Positions 12,101 to 27,100 of a stretch of 64,000 nt of DNA are shown piece after piece. Positions within the stretch are counted from its first letter, which is position 1. Each line of letters starts with the position of its first letter. The stretch covers positions 96,350,001 to 96,414,000 of the forward strand of contig NW_024704743.1 of NCBI RefSeq assembly GCF_018977255.1. The letters run 5' to 3'. The translations under genes were made by a program, and so were the position numbers. The DNA is from Callorhinchus milii. Its lineage: Eukaryota. The notes under the pieces were generated by a model. That model worked only from the letters and a program-made list of their open reading frames with translations, made no database searches and was not told the origin of the DNA.

Positions 12101-15100
12101 CTTAAATTACTTCAAAAGTGGAATTTGATATTTGGAAAAGGAGAATTAGATTAGCTTGCTTGTGGTGAAAATAATATAAAATAATTAATGTCCCTTGCAT
12201 TTGATATAGCGCGTTTCGTATCCGAAGGATGTCTCAAATTGCTCCACAGGATTTACTGTACAGTGTAATGACTATTTTACGAACATAGGAACAGGAGTAG
12301 ACCATTCAGCCACTTGAGTCTGTTCCAACAATCTAATAGATCATATCTGATCTGTACCACAACTCCAAGTACCTGCGTTTGCCCCATATCCTTTACCTAA
12401 CAAAAATCTATTCGCCTCAGTCTTGAAAATTTGAATGGATTCAGCATCCACAGCCTTTTGGGGAAGGGAGTTCCAGATTTCCATGAACCTTTGTGTCAAA
12501 AATGCTTCCTGATTTCATTCCTAAATGGCCCAGCTCTAATTTTAAGATTATGCCCCCTTGTTCTGGATTCCCCTACCAGAGAAAATAGTGGGAAAATCCA
12601 GTATGTTTTAGGCGAACAAGGCAACTAATTTGCACACAGCAGTTGCCTCACAAAGAGCCACGAAGTGAATGACCCATTTTATCTGGGAAGTTGTTGGCCA
12701 TGAGATCTTTAACATCCACAGAACCTCAATTTAACATCCTGTCTGAAGGATGCCACTTCCAACAACGCAGCGCTCCCCCAGCACTTTATTTGAATGTTAA
12801 CTTAGAATGAGAGCGCAAAGTCATGATATGGAGGTTGAACTCACAACTTTTTGGCTGAGAGGCAAGAGTGCAAGTAACTTAGCCAGACTGACATCTTAAA
12901 AGGCTGATAAGAAAAGCACCAGCTTTTGAAGAAACTAGTACATTGCAGCCATATAGGATGGGGAGGTGGGATAAGAAGGAAATGTCTCAGTATGAATATA
13001 TTGAAAAGGCCTTGCTCCTCATGTTCAATATAAAATCTTTCTCTTGCCCTTTTTGTGCCTCTAAAGATGAGGCTGGTGGAAGGGGGTCAGTTCTGGATGA
13101 CTGGAACAGCAACCTCCCCTTCCTCTTTCAGCCCTTTACATATATTTGTCTCCCTCACCAATTCCACAGGATCAATTTTAACTCTTGCCAACTGAATTGT
13201 GGCCTGGGATATTCTGGCGATATCATGGAATGAGTGAGTTGCTTATGAGTTGAGTTGCTGATTGACATGACCTCAGGGTGCAGTTGCTCAGACAGACTGG
13301 CATTCTGTTTGGATACGTGGCCCTTCGCTGATCGGATTCCTCTTGTCTCCCTCAATCTGCAGAGAAACTTCACCTTGACAAGAAAATGGAGTCATGGTAA
13401 AGAAACATCCTGAGTAAAAGCACAGAGATCCAGCAAAGCTACAGTGTGCTTATGCTGGAATCCTAGCCAACAATCCCCTGGATAAAATTGGTTATTTACC
13501 TCATGGCTATGTATAAATACGCAGTCAATATTTGTAATAGTTTGTTGAGGACACTGAAGTCAAGTCGTTATCATTTTATATGGTATGCCTTGAACTGATG
13601 TATGTAATAGTGTAATTCTGCAATCTGTATAACAACCTAAAACCTATGTTATCTTCATATTTTATCTGTTCCTTTTTTATAGCTTTGTTAGAATTTAATA
13701 TTGTTAGTTTGTGTATTTGTAGCCAAACGTGCTTGTGAAGCACTTTGAGATATTTCAGTGACATGATGAGGCACTACAACAACTGTAGCTTGCAATGTTA
13801 CTGTTATATAGTGCCCTTCACATGGGGTAACATGTATCAATGCAAGGATTATTATTATTACATTATTATTACATTGCTCGGTGGTGAGTTTCCCTTTTTA
13901 TTGGCGAGCTGTATATGAATTATTTAGTAATTAACAGCTTGTGGATAACTGAATCTAATGTTCACACCAACAGTTAAAAGAGCAGGCTGGAGATTCTATT
14001 CTGGTACTGGAGAGAGCCCTTGAGCTAACTGCAGATCTGCGTGTCCATACCATGAGGACCTTGGACCAGTTAGTAGCAGAGCCCGGCATGGCAAATGGAG
14101 AGATGGAAACTTCAACAGCAGGATTGAAAATTAGTACCGATGAAATGCATTGTCAGGTAAGACAATAAAATACAATACAAAATTACGTTTGTATAGCACC
14201 TTTCACATCAGGAGGACATCCCAAGACGCTGGACAGTCAGGGATTTGGACCCGAGCAGTGGGGGTTGGGATCAAGAAGGGCGGAGGGCAGGGAAGGTAGG
14301 AGGGTGGCCAAAGGCACGGTTGAAGAGTAGGGTCTTGAGACCCGCCTTGAAGGAGGCAAGGGAGGGAGCAAGGCAATGGGACTAGGATGAAGTTCCAAAG
14401 GGTGGGGGCAGAAAGGCTGAAGGCCCAACTGCCGATGGTGGGACAGGCCAGGCAGAGGTGTGGAGCAAGCCGGAGACTGCTGAGTGGAGGGAGCGAACAG
14501 GTTGATATGGGGTTAGCAGACCACAGAGGTAGTAAGGAGCAAGACCGTAGAGGGCCTTGAAGGCAAGGACGAGGTAATACTGGGCAATGTAGAGTACATC
14601 ATCAAGGGGGAAGTCGTGTCATGTCTCTTCATACTCATAAACTTGACAGTTTGCAGCAGCCCATTTACTCTAAGAATTAACCAGTACTCAAAATGGACAT
14701 TCAAAATTGATTCTATTAATAGTAAATACTAGAGCTGCATCAACAGTTCACCTTTGGCTGACATGTTGAATTTATTTTTGGTCATCTGCTGTCTTGACAC
14801 ATGAAAATAAAATCACCATCCTTAAGAGTATCCAAACCAGATAGAGTTCCACATATATACGCCACTAACACGTGGAAATTTCCCTGTGTCTGGAATCGCA
14901 CTCTCTCCACGGAGGATGCATCCTGCTTACTTTATTCTGGGGAGCATTAGGCACGGCTTAGCTAGAGCATTGGGATACTGCTGGAGCCTAACCAGCTAAC
15001 ACCACATAGCTTGCCATTGAGAGAACTGTCTGGGAAGCTTTCCACTGCTTGTCCAGCTAGGATCACCCTACCCATCAGGGCTTTAGCTTGCAGGAACTGA

Positions 15101-18100
15101 GTGCATAGAATCCCTGTTCTCACAGACTAATCTGCTCCTCCAAGGCCTGCCAATGAGCTGGGATGCTGGTCTGCCATCAGCAATGCCCTTGGATACTGTG
15201 GACGGGCCTGGCTCAGGAACCAGACGACCGAGACAGTCACGGACTATTGATTTTATTCCAACATTCCATTGCTAAGCAGCTCACACTCGAGCCGGCGCAG
15301 CTCCGAGGAAACCGTGTTTACCACCCCTTCCCCAACCCCTCCACTTTCCCTACCACCCACTCCTCGAAGAGAATACTCATGAAATGTTGAATCAAACTCG
15401 GGTATACTGTACTTCCACAAAGTGGTACAACGTTCTGGGTAAATGTGTATGTTACATTTACATTGACCTGTTGAAACCATTGCAGCTTGTTCAAGTTGCA
15501 TTCTTCATGAATTTCATGAATAGCAAATCTATTCAGTTTGTTGTAAGTGACCAACACCCTGGAGCTGGACATTGATCTCATTAGATTGGGTTATTGGTGA
15601 GATCAGTTTGATGCCAGCTATAAGCTACTGGGAAAAGCCTACTAAAAACATGTTTTCCTGTGGACTGATCTCTAATTAAGACCAAATGTAAAACGACATC
15701 CGAGTGAATTTGTTTTCTCAAAATGCAGTCTGTGCATCTTTTATGTAACTACAGTATATTATAAAATGTTTATGCTCATATTGATATGCTTATATTTTTG
15801 TATTTTACAATACTATTTGCAAAGCTGCACTTTTTTGCCATGAGTTGGTATGTTTGGGGTAATATTGCAGGTTTGTTATGATCTGGGAACTGTGTTCTTC
15901 AATCAAGGTTCCACAACTCCAGCAGCCTACGAGAGCGCTAAGGAACATTTCTTCAAAACCAACGAGCTGCTCTCAAAGGTACTCAGAAACATTGATGTAG
16001 TTTTGTTCTAAAGTTAAAGTTTGTTTAAAATTTATTATAACAAAACCTTTGTAGGAACTTAAAATGTAAGAATCTGATGACATTTCATAGCTTCAACAAT
16101 AGGTTTATAATTTTATTGTTGTTTATTTCAAAAAGTGATTTGCAAGGGCTGGCCCTGATGTCAACTGAATTATGCACATCTCCTCTGTTGCTAAAGCTAC
16201 CTCCAAGTAATTTGGTTTCTTGCTGTGTGCAAATTGGTTGTTGTGTTGGCCTACAAGGTACACAGTCACGACACTCTATTGCAAATCCTGTGAAGCACTT
16301 TGAGATTTCTTGACAACATGATAAGATTTGTATTAAACACTAGGAATCTTATCATTGTTATTTCCTTTCTCATGCCAAACACTACTTTCCTCTCAAATTC
16401 CTGACTCTGTGAAGCCTCAAGTCTGTCCTTAGCGCAAATAATTCTGTATTTCTGTACCTCAACCTTTTGGTCGTTATCTATTTGATCAGTATGGTTCCAG
16501 TTTATTTCAACTTTCTTCTCAAACTCCAAGTATACTACACCCTAATACTCTTTTCCTAACTAGGTTGAAATCAAGGCTCACTTTACTATAATGAATTCCT
16601 ACCTGTAACTCTTTACCTCCCTCAATCGTCCCTTTCTCCTGTAATTTACTGGCTTTTGAAACTCAAGCTTGGTGTCACTTAGCTTCTCAACATCCAGTTT
16701 TTCTTCTATCCTTTTGAACCTATATTATAGGTCTTGGCCCTTTGCCATGATTTATCTGTAAACACTGGGAGCAGTGGGTCACTAAGAACCTGCATTGATT
16801 CCGCCTGCGGTTGACCCCCACAGAATAATCTCACTGAGCAGAGTAGCAACAGCAACAACTTGCATTTATATAACGTCTTTCAGGCAGGATATTGGGGGTT
16901 GGGGAGAAATTTAACCATTTCCTTTAAATAAAAGGTGTTGTTATTCCTTTCTCTTCTCACATTTTCTTTGTAAAGATTGGTCCTGAACCTGTTCACTGTC
17001 GTATTGACCAGAGTAGGCTTGGTGGCTACTGCCAGGCTTGTGCAGTGCTGGCAATCCCGTCTAATGTGACTGAATCCCAGCTAACTACATATGGACATGT
17101 TCACCACTGCATTAAATCCAGAAATTATCAGGTAAGAAATAAAATCGGAACTTGCCTTTTTATATCGCAGCCAAATAGCTTCAGTCGAATAGCTTGCCAA
17201 CATCCAAAGCCTTGAAAATTTCAGAAGGAGGTCACTGAGTAATAATCAGGAGCTGCAACTTGGCTTATTCTCCCCTCCCCCTCCCCCCAGGGCTCTAAAT
17301 GCTGCCCCAGCTAAGATGTCTTGAGATGAATATGAGTTATATCTTCGAAGTGATGGTATGTGCTGAATCATTCTTTTTTTCAACTCTTACAGAGATTGAT
17401 TGAGATTTTTCTCGATGACAATGTAACCCTCAGCTTGCTGGCCTACTTCAGACAGTCTGTCCTGAGAGAGCTTTATCAGATGGCACAAAGTGGGTAAGAA
17501 TATTAATAACTTATTAATAATAATAATATAATAATTTTACATTTGGTATGGTGCTTTTCCTGTCAGGAGGATGTCCCAAAACACTGTGCCATGTCGTGGG
17601 GAGGCAGATTTCCTCCCGATATTTTAGTTCAAAATTGTCTGTGGTGAAGCTAACGCAGGATGGCTTTGAAAAGTAAACCTTGCTGGATTAACTGATAAGA
17701 TTTAATCATGGTTGGGAACAATTTCATCCCCCCATTACATGACCTCAACCGCATCCCTGCCTTGTGATGGACTCATAGTCACATATTGTTGCATCTCAGA
17801 CACTTGCCAGTTGAAGACTCACAGAGATGGTTAAGTATTGTTGATTGATGTGTTATTTATTGCAGCGATAGCGCCTTGGAGGAAGTTTGTTTTAAAGTTT
17901 GTATATGCAACACTGTTCGGGATGTTCTGGAGGGTCAGGTGATTGGGGTACGATTTCACCAGCTGATGCTGAAACCCACAAAAGAACGAATTGATTTTCT
18001 TTTGGAGGTAAGGAACAGATAGACAGACATTTCCTACTGTAAGCGAGAGAAACTTGTGGGGTTCGGACTTCTTACTAGATATAGAGTGTTGACATAAGGT

Positions 18101-21100
18101 TATGTTTCAGAAATGCAAGGACCTCTAATACCATTTGTGCTCAATTGAGGTCTTTCTAATAGCTACATGTTATTAGCATTTCTTTATTCCCTTCATCGTC
18201 ATCCCAGTCACCACTCTGCTTGTGTGACAGCTAGAGAGTGTCACGCAGAATTGTTTCAAAGTGTCTCAGGTCTCTGCGGTTGAGATTGCAAATGGTTTGT
18301 GATGCCAGTCCTGGAAGAAAAGACATTATTTTACACTATTTTCCTTCTCTTCCCCCCACCCCCAATGTTGGGGAACAAAATAAGTAATAAGTCATTGCTG
18401 TCTTTGCTAAATTCATTTTATAGTTCTACTCAAACATTAATCACTGTTAGCTTCACAAACTTTGAGTGACTTTGTAATGTTTGGTATTCTAGGCATGTGT
18501 GCGATCTTTGAATTTGGATCAAGCTTCAGAAAACTCCAAAAGACATTTGGCTGCGTTCTTAAAGTGAGTACATAGGTTTACTATTCTATTGATATAGGCC
18601 TTTCACATCAGAAGGATTTCTCAAAGCTTTCCTGGGATTTACTTTAAGGTGTAGCATAATCGTTTATTTGTTTAAATATATATATTTAAATTGAGAACAC
18701 TTGTTTTTTGTCTACAGAAGGATCATTATATATGACAACATATATAATGACTAAGAAACACTTGGGATATTTTGAGATTTTAAGAATCCACACCTTTCTT
18801 TTATTTGTTTATTATCAGTGCTAAGAACTTCAGGAGAGAATAGGTCATTTTCTTTCTTCTTTGAATTAGAACTCGTATAGTCCATGCTAACTTTCCAGTG
18901 CAGTACTTGGTGCTGCATTGTTGGAGGTGCTTTGCTATGAGAGGAGATGTTAAACTGAGGTTTCCTCTGCCTGTTCTGTTAAAGGTGCCTTTTCAAAAGG
19001 AGAAGGGAGTTTCTCCTAGTATTCTGGTCAACCCAAATAGAATTGGTCATTCGCTTCATGGCTGCTTGCGGCACACCCCTGTGTGCAAATTAGCTGCCAG
19101 GTACATCCATATAATATACAGTCCCTCCACTTTACAGTACATCCTGGGAAGCATTTAGAGATGTTCTCCAGATGTGAAAGGCACTATATCAAATGTAAGG
19201 ATTATTATGATTATTATCCAGAGTCCCTTACGGGAAGAAAGAGACCAGCTTCTGTTGATATTTCTGCAGGACCTTGTGCCAGAGTTTGGATGATACGCAA
19301 TTTGTTTTCATGATTTCTTCACACGAGCTGTGCATGCGACTCCTGAAAGATGAAGAGAGGAAAGTACTGCTTGATCAGATGAGGAAGAGGTCACCTCGGG
19401 TTAATCTCTGTACCAAACCTCTGACTGTTTTCTATGATATACCTGGTGAGTTAATTTGTTAGTGAGTTTGATACAGAACATGTATCAAATCTAACAATAT
19501 TAAGGGTTGTTTTTCCGATCCTGGAACTTTTCTTTTGATCATACAATAACTGCGGGTTTTCCAGTTTCTTCTCTTAAAACCTGTGGTTTACCACCATCCC
19601 TGTGGCACCACAGTCAAGCAACAGACGGATCACATACTCGCAATTTGACTGCATTGCATCTGGGAGGAAATTGGCATTTGAGTTGACTTTTGTCTTGAAC
19701 TTGTATTTTCAGCATCAGCTAGTGTCAACATTGGTCAGCTGGAACACCAGCTGATACTGACCATCGACTCCTGGAGGGTTCGGCAGATCCTTATCGAGCT
19801 GCACGGGATGACCTCTGATAGACAGTTCTGGACCATCTCCAGCAAGGTAAGTGACTGAGCCTTTTGGAAAGTGCTCCTGAAGTACTGTGAATAGCCTGTA
19901 ACTGGACATGTTGTTTCCTTTTCAGTGGGAAGTGCCAACCGTCTATGGTGGAATTATTCTTAGCATTAAGGATAATCTAACCAGGGATTTAGTTTATGTC
20001 TTGATGGCTAAAGGACTACATTGCATTGCCATTAAGGTTAGTCCTCAATTTATCCCTATATTTAATCACTTAATTATAAAGCTTGCATACGTTACAATAG
20101 CTATGATGGGGATGAGAGGGGAAAGAAGGAGAGAAGCACTGAAAGCCCTTTAATCCTCAAATGTGGCTGCTTTGGTTGCTAATGACCTCTACATGTGTGT
20201 GAGCATTTTAGTACTTTGTTTAGTGTTGAAAGTTTTCCGCAACCATCTCAAATAAATGTTGCGGTATTGGCACAATTTTCGACTCACAACATGAGTAGAC
20301 TCAATCCTTTGATCTCCACTTCATAAACTCCCACCCTCGCAGACGTAAATAAAATAATCCTCGAATTTGAGTATAGCAAATTTCACGTTTGTAGGACGTC
20401 TTAAAGCCCTTCACGGAATATACTGTATTGTACATATTGATTGTGTATTTTGTAGGCGAACATGGTAGCCAATTTGCACCTAGTAATTTTCTTTTGCACC
20501 AAATATTTTATTTTGGCTACCTGAAAGGGGCGGCTCTCAAATGCATAATCATTTTAACGCGTTTCCATATCTTTCCAGGATTTTACTCACGCCCGGCAGC
20601 TCCATTCCACCTGCCTTGAGCTGGTGACAGAGTTTTCCCCAAAGCTACGACAGGTGATGCTCAATGAGATGTTGCTCTTGGACATCAGTGCCCATGAGGA
20701 GGCGACAGGGGGCACAGGAGACCATCCACCAGCCGACCTCGCAAGTCGAGTTCGGGGATATCTCGAGATGAGGCTGCCAGGTACAGGAGGAAATGCTCCA
20801 TATTTGTGAATAGCTCAGTTATCTTAATTCTTAATCTAATTTATTGTTAATTTATTCCTCACTTGCGAGAGGACCTGGGTTTGAATTGCCAGGGAGGGCA
20901 AAACTATAGACAAGTTTCTTTACTCCATGTGCCTTTGTTTACTTGGTAGTAAGGAGGAACCTCATTGTTAGTCGATTGGCGGATGGATCGCTTTCCGGGG
21001 GTAATCCGTAAAAAAAAAAAAAATTGGGTCACTCAATCCGCGACTGTTTGTGGGACACTGCTGTGCTCAATCGACTACCAAATTTCACCCACTAAATACA

Positions 21101-24100
21101 CAGTCAAATTACTTTACGATACATTCTGTGAAGCATTTTGAGATATGATAAGACTCTATCAAATGCAGGGATTATTATTCTATAGTGTAACTCTGGGTCA
21201 TTTACTCCATAGTATCAGAGGGTGGGTTCATATTTAGTGGTCTTCACACTGATCTGCTAACCTCACCTTTGTAGACTAGGCATTGAATGGAGGCCAGAGA
21301 TTCATTCCCCCTTGCCTCACATCATTTTCTGACCTATTAGCTGGAAAGATGCCACTAGTGCTCTCTTCAGCTCTAAGATAATGAAATTATTCATCATTAT
21401 TATAAATTAAGGTAATGAAACTATTCAGAAAGGACAGGAAAAAAACTTAAAAGAAAATCAATTTGACAGCAGTTACCTGTGAAACACATTGAGATGTTTT
21501 TAATGTTACAGATACTACATCAAATGCAAGTATTGTTATCTATGTTGCGTTATCCGTGCAGATTCTGTGCATCATTGACCAATTGCAGAGTACCATTGAT
21601 CATGGTTTGACAAGCTCTCTGTCAGCCTTGCTCGATTGGAAGTACTTTTACCTCTGTGCCACAAAGCTGTAGTTTCAAGTGCCACATTGAAACTTTGAGC
21701 TCATAGTCTAGGCTGATATTCCAGCAAAGTATTGGCGGAGTGCTTGCCTTTTGAACTTGTGGATTCCCGTAACGTAGTGGTTATCGCACTTAACTTGCAA
21801 GCGAGAGGACCCAGGTTTGATTCTCGGTACGGCAAAATCTTAGGCAAGTTTCCTTACTCCACACGCCTCAGTTTATCTAGCAGTAAGTAGGAACCCGGTT
21901 GTTAGGCGATTGATGGATCACTTTCCAAGGTTAATAATTCCTTCCCCAAAAATTTGATCAATCCATGACTATTTGTGGCACTGCTGTGCGCAATTAGCTG
22001 ATGCGTTTGCCAACAAAATACACAGTCAATCCACTTTACAGTATATTCTGTGAAGTGCTTTGAGATGTCTCACTGACTTGATAAGGTGCTATGTCACCTA
22101 TGCCAAATGAAAGATTGTTATTATTAGCGAATGAGATGTAAAACTGGGTTCCCGTATGCTTCCTGTTCAGGTAGCTTCTAAAGATCCTAAGACACTATTA
22201 GAAGAGTTTCTGAACTTGACAGACATCACTGTGAAGCACTTTGCAATGTTTCAACATTAAAAATGATTTAAAAATATTACAAATGGCTATACAGATGCAA
22301 GTTTTTTTTTCTTGATCTGTCACGGCTGACTTATCTTGCTGTGGTAAGGTAAATATCCCTCCAATATTTTGATGGGGAATGATCTTGTTTCTTTCAATCC
22401 CTCAAAGTCACAGTTGCCTAGATATATCTTCTCACAAATTCTAACAATCAGTTGCTACCCGTTACCTTTTCTCCACTCTTAATCCTTCATTCCTTTTGCC
22501 TTTCTTAACATTTTGTTTCTCCTCAGCAACTCTGAAGAACTTCAAGTTTCTCCTGTACTTGAACATTACTCCTATATGTAAGGAGGCTATTTTAACACAT
22601 GTTTGTACTTTTGGACAGGATAGAAACAAAGGCTTGTCATCTGATAGGTGATATTTGATTGAAAAGTGCAATAGAATCATGGGGAAAGAAAAAATCACTT
22701 TATATCCCCACTATCCCCAGCAATAACCTTTATTTATCTTTTCCTGTCTTTCTCTGATTTATCAATATTGTGGTCTAACAATTTTAATTTGGTAATTCAT
22801 AATGTACCCAGATATGGACGCCCCCTCCTCAAGATCTTTCTCAATATTGATACATGTGAGGCTAGGATAAGTATTCAACTGCTGGATAGTGAGATACTAT
22901 CTTTACTTAACAAAAACCTCAGAGTAAGCTGCTATTCTTTTATTGAGCAGTCTAATAGAGTGATTCCCAAGATGGAAGTTGAATTTGTGACCCAACTTAA
23001 CGTACATCGGAATTGAGAATGATGTTGGGAAGGGTGTCTAGCTACATTTTTAATTGATACTTTGTGAATTTCTGCATTTAAACAATTTATTACTCAACTA
23101 TTATAATCATTGCATCTGCACTTGGTCCTCTCTGCTCCAAATGTGTCTTTGTCCCTCTCACTGCATTGTGCTCAAAACTCATTCTTTCCTAAGACTTCTA
23201 AGGAACTCAGTCTATAGACTTGTTTAAAACCCCAGCTTTGTGTCGCATAACAATTTCTTCTTGTCTTGTTCTCTCTTTTGCTTTGACCTATAGGCTTTGA
23301 CCTTTCGCCTCAGTTCTCAGACATAAAAAATTGGTGGATTGAAAAGTGCAATAGAAACATGGGGAAAGAAATAAGTCTCTTTACATCCCCACCGTTCCCA
23401 GCAATAACCTTTATTCCAACAAAGTAAACCTATGGAATTATTTGCCATTTAATAAAAATGCTGTGGAAGTTTAGTAAATAACAATTACGGACATCAGAAG
23501 GCAAAAAGTTGTGCTGACTTTATCTTGTCTTGTAACTTTATCAGGCAGTTTGAGTTAGAATAACTGCCATTAATAAGATTCTTATATTTTGGACTAATGT
23601 GCAACATGCACTTTCGTCTATCAAAAGTTACGTATTTTGACTAACTTCTACCGCATCTTATATGAGTAGAGACTCCAGAAAATGTTTAGAACATTTTCCA
23701 AAACAGAAGAAAAAATCTGGGATTAACAATTTGCAATTGCGGTTTACATTATGACTAACCATATTCTGGTGCTTTGATTGTATTCCTGGTTCACAATCAT
23801 AATTGTTGCAGATAAAACTGCAAAACTCCCTGTGTACAAACCAAGTCAGCATTTGCACGACCGACCACCATTCTTTTTATTCTCTTTCACAGTGCTGTCT
23901 CGTGGTAGTAAATCATCCCGCCATTCATCAATGCGAGAAGGTAATCGAACCTCGTGGCCAGCTATTTCTTTAAGTACAGTGTGCAGAGAATCGCATATTA
24001 ATTTTGATATCTGTGCATTTATTCCATTTTGTGGTTATGAAAATTGATACCGAATTGCCTTTATGGCTTTCAATGGGATTTTTCCTCTCTTCCCTCCCAA

Positions 24101-27100
24101 ATTGGTATCTGTAAAAATATGATCTAAAAATGTAAAAGGATCACTTTTTTATGCAAAATTTGAAACGCGTTAAGAACCACAGAAGGTTTATTTTTTACCT
24201 GCACCATCCATCTTTGAACCGTACCAGAGAAATGCCAATTGCCTCGACTTGTTCTTGTGAAATAAATCACTCTTTATGTTCACTAAATTCATATTGTTAG
24301 TTTAGTTAAGATGGGTTCTCCTCCATTATCTTTCCTGTTGGCCCACCTCACTGACTCACTGTCTTCCATACCTGTTCCAAAATCTTCATTGTTGTTCCTC
24401 TAGTATCTTCTCATCCTGTCCTAACATTGGGGGCCTGTGGTACACCCCAGTGCTTTACCTTCACCCTGTGCTCATTTTGTATATGCTTCCCCCTTGGAGA
24501 CATCATCTCCAGCCATAAAGTCAGTTTCCATGTGATTTTCAATGGCATGTTTTTCAATGTAGGCATCTCCACTTTGTCTCTTTTAGCGGTTTCTCCTCTC
24601 GCCCCCGCACCGTCACATTCGTCAGGGTTATATCTTATCCTGAGCCCTCTTCACTATCTATATGCATCCACTTGGTCATGTTATCTGCAGACATAGGGTT
24701 AACTTCCACATGTATGCAATGACACCCAACTCTTATCTCTCTCCCGTCACCCTCGACTCCAGGGCCACAGCTGTTCTAACCGATTACCTGTCAGACATGA
24801 AATCCTGGATGAGAGCTAACTGACCTTCAATTGAACATCAGCAACTTCTGTGACCTCCTGAAACTCTACTGACCTGTCCATTTCGTTTGCCTAGCGAACA
24901 CCGACCTGCTTCCTTTCCCCCACCATTTCCACCCCACCATCAGTGGGCTGGCTTCCAGCTCTTCTGCCCCGACTCTCTGGAACTTCATCCCAAAGAAGCT
25001 CAACTTGCCCCCTCTCTCACCTTGTTCAAGGTCCATCTCCAAACCTGACTCTTTGGCCGCGCTTTCGGTTGCCTTTCCCACCCTACGCTCTCTGCTTCCA
25101 CCCTTAACTCAGGTGCGCAGCCAGTACTATTAAGTGCTTTGGGTCATCCTCCCAGGTGAAAATCGGTATATAAATGTAAATCTATATTGTAATTTAGACT
25201 TCCTCCTATTTTAGGAGAAGCTGCCCTACAATTCCTTCCTTCCTACGTTTGAAGCTTGCATACTGTATGATCATCCAGATGCTCCATGTGGTCTCATTTA
25301 GCAAGTACCAAAGCTTAAAATTAGTACTATTTGTGCGACCACTTTCAGTTTAAGCAACAGTGAATTATATAAACTTCAGCTAAACTCACAAAACAGTCAA
25401 TGTAAACTATTGTCCAATAAAAGTCACAAGTTTCAAATCAATTAAATTAAGCATAAGGAATCTCTAGAAATTATTTCCAGATATTTCAAGAGTTCAGATG
25501 ACAATCTTAAGTGCAAGAAAAGCAACTGCAAAGTTAGATTACAGTTGATTCTTTTTATTCCTGCTCTTAATCTGTGCAGTTGCAATACTTTTATAACGAG
25601 GGATCCGTTCCTTTGCATTCAGTAACTGTCAATGCACCCATTAGTTGGGAGTTTCTCCCAGTGTCCTTCCCAATAATCCCCCAAATAAAATTTGGTCATT
25701 CACTTCATGGCTGTTTCTGGGGCATTGCTTTGTGCAAATTAGCCGCTGAGTTCACCTATAAATTATGGGATGACTCCATTTACGGTATGTCCTGTGAAGC
25801 TGTTTGAGATGTCCTTCTGACGCAAAAGGCACTTTATCAAATGCAAAGATTTAGCAAGTCTCAACCCATTTCTCAGTCGGTGCAAGTCCAGGAAGCAAAG
25901 CTGCCCTTAATGAGGGAGAAGTGGGTCAGTCACTAAGGGGTACAGAGAAATGGCAAGTTGATAAAACAGAGCGTGGTGAAAGCCGATTCAATAACAACTT
26001 TTGAGAGAGAAGTAGATAATTATTTGGGGAGGACAAGTTTGCGGGGCTACGGGGAGAGAGCGGGAGAGTGGGATTGATTTGGATAGCTCTTTTCAAAGAG
26101 CGACACAGACACAATGGGCCAAATCGTCTCCTGTGCTGTATAATTCTATGATTCTATAACGCGCTCTTCAATTTCACAGCACTGCCGCCCCTCACTTTTT
26201 GAGCGTAAGCTTTCACCGAGTTTTTGAAGGATTTGATTTTTACTGCAGACAGTTTAAATCCACAAAGTGGTCTGAAGGGAAAATAAAATCCTGTTTTTTG
26301 TTCCAAGTTTTTTTTAAAAAATCTGATCAAATATCTTTCAAATATTTCAGACATTCCTCTTCGGCAGATCATTACTGAAGAGTGTGTTGCCTTCTTGTTG
26401 AACTGGAAGGAGAATGAGTACCTGACTCTTCAAATTCCTCCAGGGCTTGTCCAGAACAACCCATATGTGAAGGTAACAGGAGACGTCTGATCCCAATATA
26501 ATACAGTTTATGTTGATTTGAATGGGGATGGGAGTCTTCACAGAGCTGACTGGACCCTGAGCTGGATGTGAGGAGGGGAGCTTGTAGAGAATCCAGAGAT
26601 TATAGAGAGAACCATCTTCTTGTTTGTTTACTCACACAACAACGTCCTGTGCTGAATGGTTTCCTTGACTTGCTATGTAGTTTTAGTCAAGGCTGACACT
26701 CCAATACAGTGCTGGGGATGTGCGCAGTGATGAGAAGTGCCATCCTTCGAATGAGACATTAAACCAAGGCCCCAGTTTGCCTGTTCAAGTGGACGTTAAA
26801 GATCCCATGGCAATATTTGAGATGTGAAAGAAGTTTCCCCTGGTGTCCTGGCTAACAATCCTCCAAATATAATTGATTTTGGACAATCAACTGTATTTGC
26901 TGTTTGTAAGCATGTAAGTCAGCCTCTTTGACCTTATTCACAGAATACAGCTGAAACTCCCAGTGAATAGGCCGCTGTTTCCTGAATAATTCAGTACTTG
27001 AAAATGATCTGTGAGTAGCAGATGGTGGCACTCATCCCTCTTCAGGCAGGTTTAGACGCTACCATTATTGGAAAGTTCGGGGGCAGGGAGGAAATTTTGA

